The notes under the pieces were generated by a model, which was not told the origin of the DNA, searched no databases, and saw only the letters and a list, made by a program, of their open reading frames with translations. Below are positions 25,758-41,539 of a DNA stretch of 64,000 nucleotides, in pieces. Both the position numbers and the translations under genes were made by a program. Within the stretch, counting starts at the first letter, position 1. Each line of letters starts with the position of its first letter. The stretch comes from the human T2T-CHM13v2.0 reference genome, Homo sapiens, in the NCBI RefSeq assembly GCF_009914755.1, contig NC_060926.1, one strand, 5' to 3'.

Positions 25758-28139
25758 GTAAGTAGTTTTATAGAATGCTTCCGGAAAAGGTTTTTAGGAA
25801 GTGAAGACCCTAATCGTGAAAGTGTCGCCTTGGAAGTTTTAGAATTCTCATTTGAACTGTCTCGCTTTACAAAGCTTAAACATTAAGAAAACCCTCACCT
25901 CTTTACAAATACTGAACTAAGCTTAGGTGTCTAGATTACCAATGTGAGAACATGCAACTTTACCTTAATAGTGGCTAATGGCTTTGAGGCACCTATTTGC
26001 ATAAGAGGAGGCCAGATGATTCTGATGACATGCATTCTAGCCCAGGCTATAATATAACTACTGCAATGTTGCAGAAGTCATGAATATAAATGAGGTTTTG
26101 AGATATCTGGAAAAACGTCAATTGACCATAAAAACATTTTTTAGTTTCTGTTTGTGTCATTTTTATTTTCAGTCTTAATTTTTAAGACTTTTATTCTTTG
26201 TTTAAATGTACATGGCATACAGATTATATGCCGCATTTAAACATTTATATTATTTGAATTAACTCTTCACACTTGGATAAGAGTCAGATGTTTCTAATGG
26301 AGAGATCAAAGTTGCCAGTACTCTCTTACTTTGGGGATACACATTGCCTCAACATTTTCAGGGTGGATATACATAACAATTTTCATTTTCTGGAGTCTGT
26401 TTTCTATACCTATGGTGAGGTAGATATGTAATCCTATATAGGTCTAGTTAGTGCAAATCATGTATATTACTAAAGAAGGATAAAATTGACCTTGGTATTT
26501 GCTTCTAATTAATTTGCCTTATAAGAGATCCTTCACTTCTGTATGCCTTCTTTCAGTTTATTTATTTTACTCTGTCTTCGAGAAGCAATATGCTAGAAAA
26601 AGAAAAATTATGGCTAAAATAGATCTAGAAACCAGGGGCCTTAGTAAATATATATACAACTTCCATATATATATATATGGAAGTTATTTCCAAATATGGT
26701 AGTATATATATGTACTTCTTTCTAACCCTCAAAAACGAAATACATAATGGATACCAAGATTTCCTATACACACACACACACTATATATATTTACTTATTT
26801 CTAACCATTCTGTGGCTCTCAAAAACATAATGGATATCAAGATTTCTATAAAATAGAAATTAAAGCATAATAATGATATATTAAATAATTATACCAGTTC
26901 TCAAAAACACATTTCCAGGCATCTGTACAATTGACAAATGAAACTTACTAGAGTAATACAAGGAAATTGTTCTGGGCATGAATGTGACTAGTATTTTTAG
27001 GTCATACTTTAACTTATCCTACTATGTGGAAATGCCACTGCTGATCTATGAATTAGCCATTATCTCAAATTATTTTATCTATTTTGATGATAAATTATAC
27101 TAATTACATACACTGTCTCCCACAAGCAGGGTATCACGCTTCAGAGAAAGAGAGAGAAGCGGCAGGCCTTAGGCCTTGAGATAATCAGACAGATAGTGAT
27201 GTCTTGGGAATGGCAGAGTAAGGTGTTTGAATACTAGGTCCACTCATTGAAACTACCATCACCTGGAAAACACTGACAGAATCAGCTCTGTTTTTGGAAC
27301 CCTAGAACCTACTGTAATTTGAAATGTATAACCAGAGGACCACTTAATGAAGGAAAGGGCAGCTGAAATTTGGCGAAAAAGCATTAGGTATTTTCACTCA
27401 TCTGATAACTATCTCTAATTCCCCAGCATGGCAGAGATGCCATCCATGGGAATGGCAAACCACGTTCCTGATCAAGTTTGCTGGTGTTAGTGGTGATGGA
27501 AACATTGTTTTTAAAATATTGTAGTTGTCTGTTTTGACCTATGGGGTTGTTCTCTAAATAAACAGTGTAGAGGCTGACATTTATTTCTCCCTCCCCAGCA
27601 ATCAAGCTGGAGTGGTTTTCTTGGTAGTGACTGCATCTTTCAAAATATTTAAAGACATACACTGACTGTACCTGCCTGAAGAAAGAAACAGTGGATAAGG
27701 CAAGCATCAGACAACTCTAAAGCCTGGGAAAGACAAAGCTCAGGAGGAAATTCCTTGAAGAAATAAAAACATAGACAGCTCATTCTGTTTACAGGGTGTG
27801 CAATATGTATGACCTGGGCTAAAAGCAGGCTCAGAATAGACCTGAGTGAACCCTAGGCATGCACCTTTGGGATAACTGTGAGCTCTACAAAAGCTAAATA
27901 TTAAGGTTAGGGCACAGTCCTGGGTAGTCTGGCTTGGTATTGAAGTGATACAACTCAGAGGTAATCTGCACAAATTAGGAGAGTAGGATTACCTTTTAAC
28001 TCCAGATGTATTAAAAAAAATCTGTCGGGTCACTTGCTTACTGCTGAGATAATGAAGCATAGGAAACATAGGCTTCAAGAACTATACAGCATAAGGAATA
28101 CAATCTTTGTAAAAATAGTTTGGAAAAGTCACCAAATAG

Positions 28140-31100
28140 ACAAGTAGAGCCCTAAAAAATTAACAAAAATTAACACCAGCAAACCCAGGGGAATGAGGAG
28201 AATCTAATTTCCAGAGTTACCACCTTTAAATATTCAAACTGCACAGTTGTGTTTTTTTAAAAATCACAAGGCCTAAAAAGAAAAAGGAAGTATGGCCCAT
28301 TCACATGGGAAAAAAAAAGACAGCTGGTTGTGAGGAAGCACAGACACTAGAATTAGCAGATAAAACCTTTAAATTAACTATCAATCATCTTAAAAATGCT
28401 TAATAGGCTAAAAGAAATCATGGCTAAAGAAATAAAGAAAACTGGGAAAATAAATAATGTCTAAAGAAGTAAAATATTAATAAGAAATAATAAAAAAGGA
28501 TCCAAAGAGAAATTATAGTGTCAAAAAGTAAAATAGTTGTTTAAATTAAAAAAATAATAGTAAAAGAATTCAGCAGCTTTCCGAAGGCAGTAGAAATAAC
28601 TAGCAAATTTGGAAATAGCAATTAGAATTATCAAGTCAGAAGAACAGATTGAAGAAATAGTGACTGAAAACTTCAAAAGTTTGATGGAGGGTATGAGCTA
28701 CACATTCAAGAGCTTAAAAAATACTCCAACTAGGACCAACTCATAAAGATCACAGACATAAACCATAATCAAAGTTTTGAAAAGATGATATAAAATATTG
28801 AAAACAAGCAAGTAGCAAGTTTTACATACAAGGGATCCTCAATAGGGCTAACAGCTAATTTCAGTAACTTTAGAATAAAATATTTAAAGTATTGAAAGAA
28901 AAACAATAAAGTCAACCAAAAGTTCTATGTTCAGTAAAACTATTCTTCAAATACATGCCAAATACACAAAAGTTGAGGAAATGATTTTCTGGTAGACCTT
29001 CCCTACAAAAATGCTAAAGTCAATCCTTCAAGATAAATTCAAGCACTACAGTATGCAAAGACATATGGAAAAGGAAAGAATGTTATAAAGGTAACTGTAG
29101 TAGTAAATATAAATGCCAGTATTGTATTTTATTTTTTGTAACTCCTCTTATTTTCTGCATGATATAAAAAATAATGCATGAAATATATAAATCCATGTTA
29201 ATTCGCACATAGTGTATGAAAAAATTTCATGAAATAGTATGAAATAGTAACTTAAAGACAGGATGAGGCTAAATAGGGGCAAAGTTTTGATATGTTAGAG
29301 ATGATAAATTGGTATCAAATCAAACTAGTTTGTTATAAATTTGGATGTTGATTGTAATCCACATGGTAACCACTAAGAAGGAAGACAAAAGAGAAATGAA
29401 TAAAAAGGGTACAATACAAAAAAAAGAAAAAAAAACACATAAAAAATGTGTTTAATGGAGAAAATAATAAACAAAAAAGATAGTGGATAGACCATCTAAA
29501 CAAACAGAAGACAGAAAATTGAGAATTTGAACACCACAACATATCAGCAAGACCTAACAGACATATATTGAATAACCCACCAACAAAAGCATAATTTTAA
29601 TTCTTCTTAAGGCCCATGAGATGTTCTCTGGAATAGATCATATATTGGGCCACAAAACAAGTCTCAAATTTTAAAATATGGAAATTATACAAAATATATT
29701 TTCTAACCAGAATGGAATAAAGCTAAAACTTAGTGATAAGGAAAACTTGGAAAATTCACAAATGCAGGGAAATTTAAAAACACACCTTTAAACATGTATT
29801 GACATAGAAATCACAAAGGAAATTAATTAGAAAATACGTAGAGACCATGCAAACAAAAGCACAGTATACCAAAAGTGATTACGTGCAGCAAAACAGGTGC
29901 TGAGAGGGGATCTATAGCTGTAAACACCTACGTTAATAAAGAAGAAGCACAAACTAGACCCAGACGTAGCTGAAGGAAGGAAACAGATCAGAGTAGAGAC
30001 AAATGAAATAAAGATGAGAAAAAACAATAGAATCAATGAACACAAAAGTTGTTGTTTCTTTAAAAAAGATGAATAAAATGACGACAAACTTTTATCTTAA
30101 AAAAAATCAGAGCTTAATAGAGGGACATAACTGCTGACTTTACAGATACAAAGAGATTATAATGGGATGCTGTGAACAACTGTAGGCTGACAAATTAGAT
30201 GAAAAACACATAGAAAGACATAAATTACAAAACTAATTCAAGAAAATATAGAAAATCTGAACAGAACTAACTACAGTCAGCGTTTTTAAATACTGGTTCA
30301 ATCTGCTCACGACAACAAAAATTATCAGATTGATGGCTTTGTTGGTGAAATTCTACCAAACATTTATTAAAACCAATTCCCAAAATTTTTCAAAAAATAG
30401 AAGAAAAGGGAATACGTCCTATGACGCCAGCATTAGCCTGCTACTAAAGCCAGGGGATGGGAGGGAGGAATAAACATCACAAGCAAGAAAATAAATATAT
30501 ATATATATGCACAAATTCCATCACACATAATAGCAAGTCAAATCAGAGCATATTGAAAGTATTATACATGATGACCAAATGTGATTTATCCCAGGAATTC
30601 AAGGGTAGGTCTGTATATGATAATTTAATATAACACATTAATAGAAAAAGATAAAATGATTACAGGATTATTGCCTTTGATCTAGAAAAAGCGTGACAAA
30701 AATCTAACATCCATTCATGATAAAAAAAAAAATATACAAAAATTGAAAGCGAATTCTTCCATATGACAAAGAGTATATATGAAAAGCCAACAGCTAACAT
30801 CATAGTGGGAGAAGACCAGAAGTTTTTAGTACTAAAATCAGAAACAAGACAAGGATGCCGATTTTCATGACTTCTGCTTGACATCATACAGGATGTTCTA
30901 GCCAGGGCATTTAGGCAAGAAAAGGAATTAAAAGGCAATCAAATTGGAAGGAAAGAACTACCTCTACTTGCAGATGACAATATCCTAAATGTAGAGAATG
31001 TCAAAGAATATACACATATATACAATACACGCACATAAATTCACAAACTAGTAAAGCTAATAAATTAATTTAGAAAACCTGAAAGGTACAAAGCCAAGAC

Positions 31101-32572
31101 ATAAAAATCATTTGCGATTCTATACATAAGCAATGAACAATCCAAAGGATGAAATTAAGAAAATTTCTTTTTTTTTTTTCTTTTTTTCATTTTATTCCAA
31201 GATGCATCCCAAGCACCTAAAGCACTGCCTGGCACATATGGACATATAATAAGTAAGTGTTTGTTGAATGAATAAGTGATGGGCATTTGGGTCATTTCCA
31301 GCTTTTCATTTTTTGCAACAATGCTTAAAAGAATATTTTTGCAAAGGAACAGCTTTGCTTGTCCTAATGTGTTTGTTTCCTTTCTATTCAAAGTATTATC
31401 CAAAAGAATAACTAGACATAAATTTTACCATTGAGAGGAAAGGTTTATACACTGAAGACTACAAAACATTCCTGAAATAAATAAATACATGAAAAATACA
31501 TTCTGTGTTCATAAATTGAAATAGTTAATATTATTAAAATAGCTAGACTTCCCAGTGATCTACCAATTTATGCAGGCCCTATGAAAATCACAATGGCCTT
31601 TTTCCTCCCAAAAGGGGAAGTTAATGTTCACATTCATATGAAGTCGCAAAGTCTCCCAAATAGCTAAAAACATGTCTTGAAAAAAGAACAAATTTGAAGA
31701 ACTTACATTATTTTTTTCAAAACTTACCAAAAAGCTACTGTAATCAAAAGATTGTGGTACTGGCATAAAGATGGACATAAACATGGAATCAAATTGAGTG
31801 TCCAGAAAAAAAAAATCATATTTATGGTCATTTAATATTTGGCAAAGTTGCCAAGACTATTCACGGAGAGACAGAATGGTCTTCTCAGAAAATGGTATTG
31901 TGACAACTGGGTATCCAACATGTAAAATAATGATGTCGGACTACATCACACCATATGTAAAAGTTACGCAACATGGATTAATCACCTAGATATAATATCT
32001 CAAAGTAAAACTATTAAAGTCTTAGATAAAACACAGGAGTCACTTCATGACCTTGGATTTGGCAATGATTCTTATATGTGAAACCAAAAGCCTGGGCAAC
32101 AAAAGGAAAATAAATTATACTTCCTCCAAATTTTTTTTAATGTGCATCAAAGAACATTATCACGAAAGTAAAAAGATAACTTACAAAATAGAAATATTTT
32201 CAAATCTTACATCTGATAAGGGTCTAATATCTAGGACATATAAAGAACTCCTATAACTAAATAATACAAAGACAAAAAATTCTATTAAAAGTGGGAAAAG
32301 GGATTGAACAGCTATGTCTCCAAAGAAGATATATAAATGGACAAGCACATAAGCAAAGATACTCAACATCATTAGTTATTAGTGATGCAAATCAAAACAC
32401 AATGAAGTACCATTTTATATGCACTAGAATGGTAATTTTTTAAAAAAGGAAATTAACAAGCATTAGTGAGGATATAGGGCGATTGGAGCCCTAGTACCTT
32501 TCTAGTGAAGGTATAAAATGCTTCAGCTGCTGTGGAAAATAGCTTGGAGATTCTTCAAAAACTTAAATGTAG
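28140..32572 (+). mobile_element. Old LINE-1 (L1MB/MC-like): ORF1 and ORF2 remnants
   Basis: A-rich sense L1 with decayed ORF1 (gtgactgaaaacttc), EN (gacctaacagacatata), RT (cttgcagatgac) and C-terminal (gcaaatcaaaacacaatg) motifs. Confidence 0.85.
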
Positions 32573-32574
32573 GT

Positions 32575-33990
32575 CGGTCATCAGCAAGATGGTCGAAGAG
32601 GACTCCCCACAAGTCATGCCCCTGCAGAAACATCAATTTGAACAACTACTATGAATGCAAATACCTTCACAAGAGCTATGGAATTCAGATGGGAGATTAC
32701 AGCACCTGCTGTAACACGGAACTGAGAACAGATGCATTGAAGAGGGTAGGAACGGCTGTTTTACAGTACTCACATCATCCCTCTTCCAGCCCCAGGCAAC
32801 ACAGTGTGAAGAGAGATACCCTCTGAATTGAGAACAGGAGGAAAAATGAGCCCAGATTTCACCTCAGACCCTGAAACTGGACCCACCCCAGTAAAAGACA
32901 GTGGTGGATAGTCGCCCATGGCCCCAGCCTGTAAACTAAGTGTCCAAGCCCAACAAAGCACCAAGGATTCCACAGCCTCAGCCTCCAGGCTTGTGTAGCC
33001 ACCCCACTGGCAGGTCAATCCCAGTGGCCCTAGGCTCCAGACTGCCCCAGAACAGGCTGGCCCTGCAGCCATAGGCTTCAAGCCTAGCTCAGCATTAGGT
33101 AGAGCCCCACGGCAACTGTAGTCATCAGGTTAGGACACATGGACTCCGCCTCCAGACCTCTCCAGACCAGGACAACACCTGGGACCCCAGACTCCAGTGT
33201 GGGACCTGCATACTGAGTTGCCACGCATGTCTCAGCTCCAGGCAGAATCCTACAGCTCAGGCTCCAGGCCTGCCAAGTAGACATGGTCTCCAGGTCTTTA
33301 CCAGTTGGCACTGGGGTTGGCACTGACTCCAGTGGCCCCAGGGTTCAGACTGCCTTAAGAACTGGGAATAGCACCTCAGCCCCAGACTTTAGGGCCATCC
33401 TAGCATTAAGTTGGCAACCTCATACCTAGTCATCAAGGTGGCAACTTCAGACTCATCTTCCTCTCTCATCTCTTTGAATTCAGGATCTAAACTCACCAAG
33501 CAAGGACAGCCCTTGTGGCCTCAGGCTCCACATCATCCTAGTACCAGATTAGCATCCCTGGTATAAAATACCATGTAGACATCCCTGAACACAAGCTTCA
33601 GGCTTGCCCAGTGTTGATCCAATTCCCATGGATCATGGCTTCACCCTTCAGCTGGCTCCAGTAACCCAGGCTCTAGCAGACCCAGGATAAATCAGGTCGG
33701 TCTCTATGACTCATAGCCAGCCCCTGAGATCCTAAGCTCCAGACTGTGGACCCAGGCTTTATGCCGGCCCCAGCACCTGGATGGCCCTAGGCCCCAGGCC
33801 TGTCCCCGTAGACCAAGCTCCAGAGGACCCAGATCCAGGACCGCTCCAGCAGAATAATGCTTCAAGTCCCATTCCAGGGGACCCAGGTGCCAGGCCCACT
33901 CCAGTGCCAGGTCAGCTCCTGTGAACCCTGGTTTCGGGCTGACCCCCAGGGGTCGAAGCTCCAGGCCTAAAACATAGCTTATAACCTGAG
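32575..33990 (+). mobile_element. L1M2/L1M3-type 5' UTR with internal degenerate GC-rich repeats
   Basis: Begins near gcaagatggtcgaa (L1 start motif); recurrent ccagtggcccc / ggctccaggcc units. Confidence 0.7.
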
Positions 33991-34339
33991 AAAGATTAAC
34001 ATGTCCAAGTAGGGAAAAAGAGCTATAACCCAACTATATGATTGTGTGAATGTTACCTGAAAATGTGACTCTATAAATCAGTAGATAAATGCACACTGGT
34101 GAGATTATTTTGAACTTTGAGATTTAATTTCTTTAGTGCTGGCTTAAAAATGTTAATTGACGTTCTATTTGTATTTTACTATAATATTTCATGAATTACA
34201 TGTAAGCCACTTGAAATCCTTTGTGAATGAAGGCAGAAGAATAAAATATTATGATTGACAACCTAGAAGAAATGGAAGCTATTATCAATAAATGGCTTTC
34301 TCAGACATTCATGACCATCTTTTCAAAAAAAATTTGTCG

Positions 34340-34897
<558 letters not shown>

Positions 34898-34924
34898 TTA
34901 CTACTACCCTTTTGTTATTACCTT

Positions 34925-36930
<2,006 letters not shown>

Positions 36931-37344
36931 ACATAACAATAATGGATGACTGACAAAGCCATTTATTGACAGTTTCCATTCCTTCCAGGTTGTCAGTCAT
37001 CTCCTTACCTCTTTTTTCCCTGTTTAGTTCACAGAGGATTTGAGGTAAGTTACAGGTAATACACTGACTATTATAGTAAAATATAAATAGAACATCAATT
37101 AACAATTTTTTAAAACGTGGTGGTGCACGCCTGTAGTCCAAGCTACCAGCAACCAGTTAAACATTACTAGAGAGGTTAAATCTCAACAAGGGTCAAAACA
37201 GTTTTAGCACTGTGTGTTTATCTACTGATCTATGTAACCACACAGGTTTTTAGGCAACATTCACCCAATTATAAGATCGGATTATAGCTCTTTTTCTTCT
37301 ACTTGGCTACTTTTATCTTCCCCAGATGTCAGATATATTTTTAG

Positions 37345-38435
37345 TCATTTGTTTATTCAACACATTAAAATAATTACGATATGCCAGGAACTGTGCTGGG
37401 GACTATAGATATAGTAGTAAGAGCAACAGTTGTCTCTTCTTTTATAAAGCTTAGATTGTATTGGAGCAGGAGAAGACAAAAACAAAATGAATACATTATT
37501 GAAAAAAAGAGGAATGTAATAAAAGGGTTATTTTAGACACAGTTCTTTTGGTAAGGTGGTAAAAGGGCTATTTTGGGGAAATATTTACTCTGAGACCTAC
37601 GGAAACAGGTAAATATGCAGAGCAATAGTATGGGAGGCTTAGGGAATGCAAACTGCAAAGACCCTAAGACACCCAGAAAAAGAAATGTATCAAGGCCATT
37701 AAGCACAGAAAGACAAATATCACATGTTTTCACTCATATGTGGGAGCTAAAAATGTGGATCACATGAAGATAGAGAGTAGATGGGTGGTTACCAGAAGCC
37801 AGAAAGGGTAGTGGGGAGGGGGAGCGTTGAATAGAACATGAAGATAGTGAGTAGATGGGTAGTTACCAGAAGCCAGAAAGGGTAGTGGGGAGGGAAAATG
37901 TTGAATAGAAGTTGATTAAAGGTACAAATATATGGTTTGGCAGAAGAAATAAGACCTATTGTTAGATAAATTGAGTGACTACAGTTATCTATTGCAGATT
38001 TCAAAATAGCCAAAGAGGAATAATTTGAATCTTTCCAGCATAAAGATAAATGTTTAAGGTGATGATCTTTCACTAATATGATCTTTCAAATTATACAAAT
38101 AAATTATTACATGTATCCAAAAACTATGTACATGTATTATGCATCCATAAAAATAAATTTAAAAAAGAGACAAAAGGGAGTTTTAGTGATTCTAGGTTAT
38201 AGTAGGATATGAGAAAATGAAAAGGGAAAAATCAAAGAGATAGAGGGCGCCAGATTTATAGGGTCTTATGGGCCAAGGAATGTTTTGAAGTTTATAATAG
38301 TGATGAGAAACCTCAGACATATTTTATATAAGATAAAAATACCTAATTTCCTTTTGAAAACTATTACTATTGTGGCTGTGTGGGAACTGCAGAATGTTGA
38401 AGACCACTTTGATGAACATTGTAGTAGCCCAGGTT
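37345..38435 (-). mobile_element. L2 remnants interrupted by an L1MA 3' end
   Basis: atttgtttattcaaca..atgccaggaactgtgctgggga, and later L2-like blocks on both sides of 37705-38167. Confidence 0.6.
37705..38167 (+). mobile_element. L1MA 3' end with A tail
   Basis: acagaaagacaaatatcacatgttttcactcatatgtgggagctaaa..gcatccataaaaataaa. Confidence 0.85.
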
Positions 38436-39473
38436 TGATATTTGAGAATTTTGTTTAACTCAAGGGAAATTCAAATGAAAGTTAATTTCATATTCTGTCT
38501 ATCTGCACAGAAAAAATTACACATTGAATTTGTAGCTATAGGTAGTTGGTAATGAAATGCAGGTTGATTTGTTTCTTCTTTTTGCTCCTGCATATTATAA
38601 AGATCTTGTAATGAGCATGTACCGTTTTTACAGTGAAAGAGTTATTTTCTCTATCAAGCCAGTAGAAAACAAAAAAGATCAGAAGCTGCTCTTCTTATTT
38701 CATACAAACCAATTTTAAAACAACAATGATCAGAAACGACAAAGAAGGACATTACCTAATGATGACAGGTTTTATTCAATAAGAAGCCTTAGCTATCCTA
38801 AATATATATATGTACCTAACACAAAGATTCATAAAACAAGTTCTCAGAAACCTGTGAACAGGCTTAGATAACCACACAATAATAGTGGGAGACCTCAACA
38901 CCCCATGGACGTTATTTGACAGATCACTGAGGAAGAGAAAGAAGAAAATCTGAAACCTAAACTTAACATTTGACCAAGTGATCCTAACAGACATCTACAG
39001 AGCCCTCCACCCATCAACCACAAGTTGGTATTCTCATCTATACATGGCCCAGACTCTAAAATCAACAACATGCTCGGCCATAAGGCAATTCTCAACAAAT
39101 TCAAAAGAACTGAAATCATACCGACCACACTCTCAGATCACAGAACAGTAAAAACACATGAATACCAAGAAGATCTCTCAGAACCATACAACTACGTAGA
39201 AATTAAGTGTGCTTGTCCTGAATGACTTTAGGGTAAATAATGAAATTAAGACAGAAATTAAAAGAAAAACATTTAAACTAATGAAAACAAAGATGCAACA
39301 TAGCACAATCTCTGGAACACAGCTAAAGCAGTGTTAACAGGAAAGTTCATGGCACTAAAAGTCCACATCAAAAAGTTAGAAAGATCTCAAATTAACAATC
39401 TAACATTATATCTAGAAAACCTGGGGGGAAAAAGAGCAAACCAATCCCAAAGCTGGCAGGAGAAAATAAATAG

Positions 39474-39840
<367 letters not shown>

Positions 39841-40308
39841 AAGTTGGTTCTTAAAGAAGATTGATGATAGACTGCTAGTGCGACTAATAAAGAAAAAAAC
39901 ATCCAAAGAAACACAATCATAAACGACAAAGGGGACATTACCACCAACTCTACATAAATATAAAAACCCTCAGATGCTATTATGAACAATTCTGTGCACA
40001 CGAACTGGAAAACCTTGAAGAAATGGATGTATTCCTGGAAACATACACCCTCCCAAGAGGTAACCAGGAAGAAATTGAATCCCTGAATGGGCCAATAATG
40101 AGTTCCAAAATTGAATCAGTCAAAAAAAAAAAAAAAAAAAAAAAGCCTATCAACAAGAAAAAACCCTGGACCAGACAGATTCACAGCTACATTCTACTGG
40201 AATTTGGCCATAGTGCCAAAAACAATTTACAGATTTAATGCTATTCCTATCAAATGACCAATGGCATTTTTCATAGAATTAGAAAAAAAGATTCTGAAAT
40301 TCATATAG

Positions 40309-40579
40309 TGCTAGGTGTGTGGTGGTTCACACCTGTAATCCCAGCACTTTGGAAAGCCAAGGTAGGAGGATAGCTTCAGCTCAGGAGTTTGAGACTAGCC
40401 TTGGCAGCATGGTGAAACTCAATATTTACAAAATTAAAAAAAATAGTTGAGTGTGGTAGCTTGCACCTGTAGTCCCATCTACTTGGGAGTCTGAAGTGGG
40501 AGGATTGCATGAACCTGATTTTGCCACTAGACAAAAGCCTGTGGTCTGTGTGACAGTGCAAGACACCATCTCAAAAAAA
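40309..40579 (+). mobile_element. AluJ-like
   Basis: Diverged Alu dimer with A tail inside L1 ORF2. Confidence 0.9.
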
Positions 40580-41539
40580 TGAAATATAGAAATAAATCAC
40601 GTGAAACCAAAACAGCCAAAGTAATACTAAGCAAAGAGGACAAAGCCAGAATCATCAAGCTACTCAACTTCAAACTATACTACAAGGCTACCATAACCCA
40701 AACAGCATGGTACTGGTACAAAAACAGACACATAGACGAATGGAACAGGTTAGGGAACCCAGAAATAAAGCTACACACTTACAACCCTCTGATATTTGAC
40801 AAAGTCAACAAAGTCAAGCAATGGGAAAATGACTCCATATTCAATATATGTTGCTGGGATTACTGGCTAGCCAAATATATACAGGAAATTCAAACTGGAC
40901 CCCTTTCTTTCACCATATACAAAAATCAACTTATGATAGGTTAAAGACTTAAATGCAAAACTGAAAACTATGAAAACCCTAGAGGAAAACTTAGAAAATA
41001 CTATTGTGCACATAGGTCCCTGACAAAGATTTCATGATGAAGACTCCAAAAGCAATTGCAATAAAAACAAAAATTGATAAATGGGACCTAATTAAAGAGC
41101 TTCTGCACAGTGATATACATCATCAGAGTAAACAGACAATCTACAGAATGGGAAGAAAAAATTCACAAACTATACATCAAACAAAAGTCTGATATCCAGA
41201 ATCTATTAGAAACAAACAAATTAACAAGCAAAACCAAACAACCCCATTAAAAAATGGGCAAAAGGTCATGAACATACACCTCTCAAAGATGACATACATC
41301 TTTTATTACATACATGCAGCCAGCTAGCATGTGAAAAAACATTCCACATCACTCATTACAGAAATGTAAATCAAAATAAAAATGAGATGACATCTCATAC
41401 CAGTCAGAATAGATATTATTAAAAATTCAAAAAATACCAGATTCTGGCAAGGCTATGGAGAAACAGAAATGTTTTTACACTGTTAGTGGGAGTGTAAAAT
41501 TAGTTCAACCATTGTGGAAGACAGTGTGGCGATTCCTCA

